Source: Eledone cirrhosa (taxonomy: Eukaryota). From it: 64,000 nt of DNA. The notes beneath the pieces were generated by a model. It did not search any database, was not told the origin of the DNA, and saw only the letters and a program-made list of their open reading frames with translations. Location of the stretch: contig OZ024743.1 of NCBI GenBank assembly GCA_964016885.1, positions 256,866,001 to 256,930,000 on the forward strand, given 5' to 3'. Made by a program: the position numbers and the translations under genes. Below, piece by piece: positions 55,316 through 64,000 of this stretch (positions are counted from its first letter, which is position 1; every line of letters starts with the position of its first letter).

Positions 55316-55347
<32 letters not shown>

Positions 55348-55441
55348 ACGCACACACACACACACACACACTTATCTCAATAGTCATTTGACACACATCG
55401 CTGCTAACCATTATCACAACATCGAACACCTTACTACTACT

Positions 55442-55529
<88 letters not shown>

Positions 55530-55989
55530 TTGTTGTGAAAGAGTCATTTCTCAATCTTGGCGCAAAACCAATTTTTTTATTCACATGACCTCTACCAACC
55601 AATCAAAATTGTTTTGACCACAAGAATTGTTGCTGGAGCCACTTTTTTAACATAAAAACAGTCTTGGCGCAAAATCAATTTTTTACACTCACATGACCTC
55701 TACCGACCAATCAAAATTGTTTTGACCACAAGAAATTTTGCAACACCAAAGTAACGCTGGAGCCACTGTTTTAACATAAAAACAGGTAGAATTCCCAAAA
55801 CTAATCAGATCAGAGCAAACAGCACGGACACTCTATCTCAAAATTATTTTTGAAAAGCATTTAGAAATGCGCAACCAGTAAAAACTTAAAAACTTAAAAC
55901 CACAACTGAATACTAACCCATACAATCACTATTACTCTTTTATTCCTAATTAAGCCATTTTTCAACTGTGAACAATTTGTCAGCATTTT
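54010..55989 (+). mobile_element. Penelope-like insertion: GIY-YIG ORF end plus 3' UTR, with an inverted copy of the UTR at the 5' junction
   Basis: 54010-54470 is the reverse complement of about 55284-55988. Confidence 0.85.
54471..54772 (+). pseudogene. Penelope-like GIY-YIG endonuclease domain (5'-truncated)
   Basis: TCASENLIYVLTCSGCREQYIGQTKNSLRQRMTVHRSQI...EH...R..KESYFINKY.P.LN. Confidence 0.9.
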
Positions 55990-56120
55990 CTATTCCGTTT
56001 ACCAATATATAATAACTTGTGTGTTACACCTCTATTATTTTAACTATATATATATATATATATATATGTTTATATATTATTCAAAATATTAATAAATGGA
56101 TATATTCACATAATCAAAAT

Positions 56121-56192
56121 ATATGTTTTATTATATATATTTCGGAGGTAATGTGCTGTTTTTTAGTACGTCCTCATCAGATAAAATACATA
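56121..56192 (-). ncRNA. Type I minimal hammerhead ribozyme motif
   Basis: Minus strand: TGTATTTTAT-CTGATGA-GGACGTACT..ATTACCTCC-GAAA-TATATA-TA-ATAAAACAT. Confidence 0.7.
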
Positions 56193-56250
56193 AATTGATG
56201 TATGACATACCTCAGCTGTGCTGATGGTTCAATTCCAGTCTTGGCATTCA

Positions 56251-56324
56251 TATGTATTTTATCTGATGAGGACGTACTGAAAAAATAGCACAGTAGCTCC
56301 GAAATATATATAATAAAATATATA
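56251..56324 (+). ncRNA. Type I minimal hammerhead ribozyme motif
   Basis: Stem I TATGTATTTTAT/ATAAAATATATA (12 bp), CTGATGA at 56263, stem II GGA..TACTG/CAGTA..TCC, GAAA at 56301, palindromic short stem III, predicted cleavage after UA at 56312. Confidence 0.8.
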
Positions 56325-56789
56325 TTTTGATTATGTGAATGTATCCATGTATTAATATTTTGAATAATTTTAATATCTCCAGAAAACTTCATTGTTGAGT
56401 GCTTTTAATCTATTGTAAAACTATATTCATTGAATAATCAATGAACCTTGTTTAACATTTGTTTATATGTTTATATATATATATATATGTTTGCCCGTTA
56501 AACGATGATGATGATGATGATACATATAAATATGTGTGTATAAGCGTGTATGTTACTAGCTGAGAGTCTGTCTTGTTTTCATTTCATATATCTACTCTAA
56601 AGAATGTTGTTCACCACCACCAGAAAATATTAAAGTCAACAACAAAAACACATCCATAAATGTTATGATTTGGGGACGGTGAGAATTAAAAGTTTTGTGA
56701 ATTGGGTCAAAGTTTAGTGAATTGTGTCATACCTAACATTTCATGATGTTATACTGTGACATACACACACACACACACACATATATATG

Positions 56790-57722
56790 TGGGTGACAAA
56801 ATCAGCAGTGGTGGAGGGTGCTCTGAAGTACAGTAGCTAGAGTCAGAACGGGATGGAAAAAGTTCAGCGAGCTTATACCACTATTGGCCACTAAAGGTTT
56901 CTCTCTAAAAATGAAAGGCAGGCTGTATGATGCCTGCATACGAACAGCAATGTTACATAGCAGTGAGACTTGGGCATTGTGTGCAGAGGATCTACGCAGA
57001 CTGGAGAGGAACGAAGCTTGCATGCTCCGTTGGATGTGTAATAGTAATATACGTGAACGGCAAAGCATAAATGAACTAAGTGAGAAATTAGGAATAAGAG
57101 GGATCAGATGCTGTTTACTCGAGAGAAGACTACGTTGGTATGGTCACGTGATGCGTATGAAAGACGACAGCTGTATAAAAAAGTGCAGGGCGATTAAAAT
57201 AGACGGTAGCCACGGAGTCAGCAGACTCAGAAAAACCTGGGACGACTTGATAAATTCCGAGCTCACACACTTACACCTCTCCAAGACAATGTCACTGGAC
57301 CGAGATCTTTGGCGCTACGCAGTAATACAGAAGACCCGCCTTGTCTAAGTGCAAAGCGAAACCTATAGTCAGTAGGCACCTCTTACCAAAATACACCCCC
57401 GTCCCACTACACCCACCCTATCCACACCACCCCCTTTCGATGTAAATTATGTTGGTGCCACAACATCCAGTCCTAAATAAATGAGGTCGTGTAGGTGTCA
57501 CGACAAAAAACACACAGTCCACGCTGTAATGTGGCCGTGTAGGTAACACGGTAAAAACCTCCCCGTCCACACTGTAAACGTGGTTGGTGTTAGGAAAAGC
57601 ATCCAGCCGTAGAAAACCTTCTATACGAGCAAGACAACCAATCCTGCCTCAAGTGGGAAAATTCCCGTCCAAACCCGTGCTAGCGTGGAAGATGGACGTT
57701 AAACGATGATGATGATGATGAT
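56790..57722 (+). mobile_element. 5'-truncated RTE LINE copy
   Basis: ORF 56884-57348, 3' UTR and (GAT)n tail. Confidence 0.95.
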
Positions 57723-58279
57723 ATATATATATATTCTTTGTTTTCTTTCATCCTTCCATTTGTGCTCTTTGTTTAATCCCACACATATACCAGTAGAAAG
57801 ATTTATTTTCCTGTTGCACGAACCAACATTTTAATATAGTACTTTCAATTAAAACATGCAAAATAATTTTGCTGGTTTCAGAGCTGATGTTTGCTTGTAA
57901 ACGTAAACTTCTCTTTTACATCACCTTTCTTCCAGTCACTTCTGTGTGCCAACACCTTTGTCCTCCTCCTCTTTCAATCTTTTCTATATTTCATCTGCCT
58001 GTCACCTACCTTGTGTAATGTCTCTTTCTTGACCACTGGCTGCTGGTATCTGTCCTCTCAGACATTTTTGTCCACAGCAGTTAGCTGTTTTAACGGCTGT
58101 TTTCTCATTTATATATATATATTATATAATTATAAAATAACAGCCTAAATATATATATATAAACCTAAACACACATATATATATATATATATATCATCAA
58201 CATCATCATCGTTTAACGTCTATCTTCCACGCTAGACGTTAAACGATGATGATGGTGATGATGATATATATATATATAT

Positions 58280-60355
58280 ATTTGAATAAAGTTAGTCCTT
58301 CATCAGTGATCTTCCAACCATCATTGGTATTTCATCGCTTTAAAGACCATATACCTCCGGTTGGTGCGAGCAACGGTTAAAAAAAGTCGTTGGGACACGT
58401 AAATAAAGGGGACACGAGAGTGTAAACAAACAAAGATGGTGAAGCTACGAAAAGTGAGGAAGAAGGAGTCAAGTCCCAAATTTCCATGAATATAAATTCG
58501 GTGAAATCGTGATATTTCAAAATATTAATAAATATAGACATTCAAGGAACAAGAGAAGGGAGAAATGATCAAATGATAGAGAGAGGAAAATAAGTTTAAT
58601 TGTATAAACAAAGGGAGGAAGATATGCATTGCAACATATAAATAGTGTATAATTAGATAGGGGGAAAGAATATTTAGACACATGATGTGTGACCGTTTAT
58701 TTTCAAATCTTAAGTTAATTAGAAATAGTCAATTAATCAAATGACATAAGATTTTAGACTATACAATTTTAAAGGATTTATATTGTTGTATTATATCTGA
58801 GTTCAAGCAAATGTAACGTGAAAGAGAGAAATTTTTATTTATCATAACTCCAAAGGTAATCACAAGTATATTTAAAAGTATATTAAAATTAAGAATATAA
58901 TCAATCTATTAGTTAAAAAACATTAAAATTAAGATATTATTAATAAAGCATTATAAATGTATTTAATAAAGCATTATAAATGTATTTAATAAGATATTAT
59001 TAAACCAGATTTATCTAGATATACACATTTGTATAATTTATATATAGACTATAAAGTTTAAGGTTTAAGATGATACTAGTCACTTATATAGTAAAATTAT
59101 TGTTAAGAGTGTTATAAATTTGATTCAACTATATTTTACTGTATTTAAAATCTTACATCAATTTAAGTATTAAAAAAAAATTATCAACTTGGATCTAAGG
59201 AAACTTTTATACTATAAATGTATAATCATATCCTCGTGAATCGTAAACAACCATTCAAAGTAATTAGACGGTTTACAAGTCTGCATACATTCGAGGTATG
59301 AAATATATAAGACAAGATTTAGAAAATACAAAAACCAAAATTAAATGTATTTAAACAATCTAAAGGTCATACGTACTCAACAAAAGATCAGGTTAACAAT
59401 TTCAATGTTAAGGTAGAAACCCTTAATCTAATATTAATAATAGTATAAATAATAAAAGCATTACAAGAATTTTTAATCTGAGACAATATTGTTTCACGCT
59501 CAGAGTTATTAATAAATGTCTAAATCATTTCACATTTATTCAATGTTTTTTCCTGATTTTTTGTGAAGCTTGGAATGTAGATGTAACTGTGTGCAAGCAA
59601 TTTGAGAATAATTCACTTTTTTTGTTAATTAAGTTATCATAATTAGTAATTATTAATAGGGTCTCCATATCGCAAAGATTGCAGTTAGGTGATACTGAGG
59701 AATTTACGTAGAGCTATTACAAAGTTTTGACCAAAATATTGAGTACTCTAAATTTTTGTCTTTTAAGGACCATATACGTTGTGATAAAGAGGTGAAGAAT
59801 TTCTTATCCGGATTCGAAAAAGAATGATTGTGTTTCGAATATCTTAATTTAAAGCTCGATGAAGTTGCACCTATATGGTTGTAGGTGATGTTATTTGCTT
59901 TAACGGTACATTTATAAACTCGATTCTTATCCAAACAATTATTTTGCAGAGGGCAATTCGATCTATTTCTACAGTTACATTTCGATTTACTGTTATTACT
60001 ATAATTTAAACTGTACACGTTATCACTGCTAATACTTGGAGGTGCTCTATTGTGAGTGCTTACATTAATGTTATTGTTATTCACAGTATCAATATTATTG
60101 CTAATGTTAATATTGTCGTTATCCCTAATTATTTGTTGGTTATGATTAAGAATTCTACTATTTATTTTTGCAATGTCCTGAGCCATATTCATAGTTGTAG
60201 AATAAGATAGTTTATTGTGTGTCTATTGAATATAGAATGGTATTTATGTGTACTGGGAAAGCATTTATCTAAAGCCTTAAATAATAAATTTGCCAGGAGT
60301 GTTTTGATAGCTAAAGACGCAGGAGGTGCATACCAAATTTCCCTCTTTTTCTCTC
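58280..60355 (-). mobile_element. Penelope-like element 3' part (linker + GIY-YIG + long AT-rich UTR)
   Basis: Reads IWYAPP...LDKCFP..HKYHSIFNRHT..LSYS..NM and KCNCRNRSNCPLQNNCL...VYKCTV...HIGATSSSFKLRYSKHNHSF...TSLSQRIWSLK. Degenerate CTGATGAAGGA motif near 58305. Confidence 0.8.
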
Positions 60356-60634
60356 TTTCCTCATGAATTGCGATCTCTCACTTCCACTATCTACAATAAT
60401 GAGATATGCATATATTATTATTATTTAAATTTTTAACAGTTATATAAGTTTATGTATTATATATAATTAGTTATTTATATATATTTATATACATTCTCAT
60501 ATGCACCCTCTGTATTATATGTAACTTTTCATGTTTCAACTTAAGGTATATAAATATTGAGTTTTGTCATAACTAATCACTGCCATGACTAAATTATAAC
60601 CATCAACATAGTCAAGGTATGTCAGACATCAACT

Positions 60635-60700
60635 TATTTTATCTGATGAGGACGTACTGTTGAAATAGCTCAGTGCCTCTGAAATATGTATAATAAAATA
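60635..60700 (+). ncRNA. Hammerhead ribozyme motif (same family as 56251-56324) in a ~230-bp pseudo-LTR-like repeat
   Basis: TATTTTAT-CTGATGA-GGACGTACTG..CAGTGCCTCT-GAAA-TATGTA-TA-ATAAAATA. Downstream 60700-60835 matches 56320-56456. Confidence 0.7.
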
Positions 60701-61273
60701 TATTTGATCACATGAAGGTCTATATTTATTAATATTCTGAAGTAATATTAATAACTCCAGAAAACCTTACTGTAGAGTGCTTCTAATCTATTGTGAAACT
60801 TTATTCATTGATGAATTCATTGAACCTTGTTAAACTTTTAATTATATATATATATATATATATATTTAGGCTGTTACTTTATAATTATATAATATATATA
60901 TATATATATATATAATCGGAGAAAGCTAATAGCGATACTCCGGCCAAATTCCAACTCACTCAACAAACATTAGGAAATACCTGAGTATATTCCTAATTAA
61001 ACGTTCGGGGTGCTAACTAATTGTATTGTGTGGAAAATTGGCTGTATCATTTCATATGAGATATACCAAAAATATCTTTTCCCAGACGGACGTCTCGTTT
61101 CACTATAAGATTTCTACAAGTTGCGTGAAATTATACCAATGTATGTAGAAGATTGTATAAGATCAACAGATACTTATTCAAGTGGGCACTTATAATTCTT
61201 CAGTGGGTGCCCAATAATATTAATAATCAAATCAACATCAATATTTAGCGTTAATCACCATCAGTGCTTGATG

Positions 61274-61480
<207 letters not shown>

Positions 61481-62190
61481 TAAAATCCTGACCACTGTGA
61501 CAAGTGGTTTCAGCTTGTGTGATTAGCAAGCCTTTTCAAGGGAGTAGTAATATTTGTAGGGTATGAAAAAAATAGATCACTGGTCTTCGTAATGCTTTGG
61601 CTGAGTTTGTCAAAGTAGTAGACTGGTTAGATGGAGGAAATGGTGGGGAAAGACAGTGGTAAGTTTATCCAGACAGACAAGGAGTCAGGAGAAGGAAGTA
61701 GTGTGGGTGAGGGTAGAGATGGTTAGTGGGTAGCACTGGAGTAGGAGAAGGAGCATAATAGTTTCAGAAATAGAGGGTGGGTGTAGGGGTAGGCTTATTT
61801 ATAGATGGGTATTTTTAAATGAAGAGTTAGAATAAAAAGTTGGTTATATAAAAGTGAAGAATTAACTGTAAAAGGGGAATTGAGGCTTGTTTGCATAATT
61901 GCAAATGAGTCGAATGTTATTATTAATATTCGAAAAACTCAGATTACATTTATTTTATTCAGCCATGAAGAGCAAAATTTCCTTTTTTATTTGAATTTGG
62001 CAAAGCCGACCATTTATTGCTCGTATACAGGAAACTGACTGGCCAGTCTGCCGATATGCAAATCTGGCTGATCAGTGGATCTGCTAATATGCAGATCTGA
62101 CTGATTAGCCAGTTTGCTAATATGCTAATTAGGCCGATAAATCACTGTGTATTTTTGAAAATAGCATATATTTTCACTAGCTCTGACAGT

Positions 62191-62270
62191 TTGGCAGGTG
62201 AACAGTGAGCTGTACTGATGAAGGGTGATACCCTGAAACATAAGTGTCCTCAGTTCTGTTCACATGCCAA
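62191..62270 (+). ncRNA. Type I hammerhead ribozyme motif
   Basis: CTGATGA (62215), stem II AGGGT-GAT-ACCCT, GAAA, stem III CA-TAAG-TG, GTC site at 62246-62248, and a long stem I TTGGCA.GTGAACAG..AGCTG / CAGTTCTGTTCAC.TGCCAA with two proximal mismatches. Confidence 0.75.
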
Positions 62271-63504
62271 CACAAGAACAAGAATGAACTGTTCATTCTA
62301 CTGACATGGCTATAAATTTGAGGCTTGTTTGCATAATTGCAAACAATCGAATGTCATTATTAATATTCGAAAAACTCAGATTACATTTATTATATATATA
62401 TAGAGAGAGAATTAGAATATGGGGTTAACTGATGTGCAGACCACATTATTGTCTGTTGGTTGTGAAGCAGATAAAATGAAGCATAGAATGACCTGTATAA
62501 ATGGTGCAAGCCGGAATATTATATATTATTAGAGCGGGGGCCATAATCAATTGATTCAGGTTTATTTAAAACTCCGTTATACATATTTCACTGAGGACTA
62601 TCAGCTATGATCGTCAGAATTCTTCAGATGGCAAAACCTATAAAAACTTGAAACATTAAAAGTTCCTCAAAAATAAAAAAAATCACTAAAATTTGAAAAA
62701 TATCCAATACAACACCAGGTATCCGGCTGTCCCCCTGTATCAAGAAAAGAAAATCATTTTCGGGGAAGTTATTGGAATTTTTTCAAATTTAATGGTGTTT
62801 TTAAGGAACTTTCAATGTTTTCTAAAAATACAACACTATGGTCCAGGTATAATTTAAGTTACAGCTGACTTTTTACAACTGATTTAACTTATATCCCCCA
62901 AGAATGAGATTTTAGTTTAAGTTTCAAATATTTTAATTCTTCTTTGGGTGGATAAATTATTAATATATCTTATCCCTTCATTGAGATGTTTACATATTAG
63001 AGACAGTTAACTTTATAGAGCTATAAATTAATATTGACTGCTCCATCATTGTTGAGCAGATTTAGATGGTTTTGGCTGCTATTTCTATTGTCAATATAAG
63101 CCCATTGTATTGTTCTAATACATTAAGTAGGAAATTTCCATACAATAATAAAGCGGTGTATCACGTTTCAATATGGAGTCTATGGTATGTATTATATATA
63201 TTAAAATTGTCTCCTTGGGTGTAATATATTCCTATAGTAATTCAATGATACAACACCTTGTTCACCCTGCTGTCTAGCAACGAAATGATGTACTTTCAAC
63301 TTGTCCCCTTATTTCTTAGAAGAATTCACCTCCCGATGAAGAGGAATGTAAATTCTATCAATATTGGTTCCAATGTCTTGGAATTCCTGATGTTGTACCT
63401 TGAGCTCCAGAAACCATGGTTGGGGTATTATGTAATTTAAAGTTGACTTTGTTTTAGCTGATTTGGTTTATATCCCACCAAAATGAGATTTTGGCTTAAG
63501 TTTA

Positions 63505-64000
63505 GAGGAGCTACTGCTACTACTAACTGCAAAAGGCTTTTCCCACAAAATGAATGGCAGACTGTATGATGTGTGCATACGAACATCAATGTTACATGGT
63601 AGGAGACCTGGGCCCTGTGTGTAGAAGACTTGTGTAGATTAGAAAGAAACGAAGCTTGCATGCTCCAATGGATGTGTAATAGTAATATATGTGAACGGCA
63701 AAGCATAAACGAATTAAGAGAGAGACTGAGCATAAGAGGAATCAAATGCCTTGTGCAGGAGAGGGGATTGCGCTGGTATGGACATGTGATGCATATGAAG
63801 GATGACAGCTGCATTAAAAGGTGCAGAGCACTAGAAGTCGATGGAAGCCATGGGGTGGGGAGACCGAAGAAGACCTGGGATGAGGTGATAAAAGCCGACC
63901 TTACCCAATTGCACCTCTCAAAGGCGATGACACAGGTCTGTGACCTCTGGCGTCATGCAGTAATACAGAAGAGCCGACCTCCCATCCGTACAAGCTGAAG
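63505..64000 (+). mobile_element. Diverged RTE 3' fragment (related subfamily) running off the window end
   Basis: ORF 63630-63998: RLERNEACML.WMC...LRWYGHVM.MKDDSC...GRPKKTWDEVI. Confidence 0.9.

Overview
AT-rich eukaryotic (animal) DNA made almost entirely of repeats. The RTE LINEs with (GAT)n tails, tRNA-headed SINEs, Penelope-like elements and very long (TA)n tracts suggest an octopod cephalopod genome; this is inference from the repeat landscape only. I found no convincing host protein-coding exon. Retrotransposons: about a dozen copies of one RTE-clade LINE family, two of them near full length (29968-33553 +, one nonsense codon from an intact 1063-aa APE-RT ORF; 12039-15570 -). Both carry a C4HC3 PHD-like finger just after the RT core. 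There is also a degraded two-ORF Tx1/L1-clade element (36860-41765) with 3' fragments, CR1-clade fragments, an R4/Dong-like restriction-endonuclease 3' end, and several Penelope-like GIY-YIG/RT fragments. Several hammerhead-ribozyme motifs accompany the Penelope-like fragments, including an inverted pair at 56121-56324 and a direct-repeat-flanked, retrozyme-like unit at 61880-62391. DNA transposons: a non-autonomous Helitron, a hAT-like element and piggyBac-like MITEs. A triplicated ~600-bp non-coding element sits embedded in TA microsatellites. The long YIYI/MYVC ORFs in the track are microsatellite artefacts. Coordinates were read by eye and may be off by some bases.
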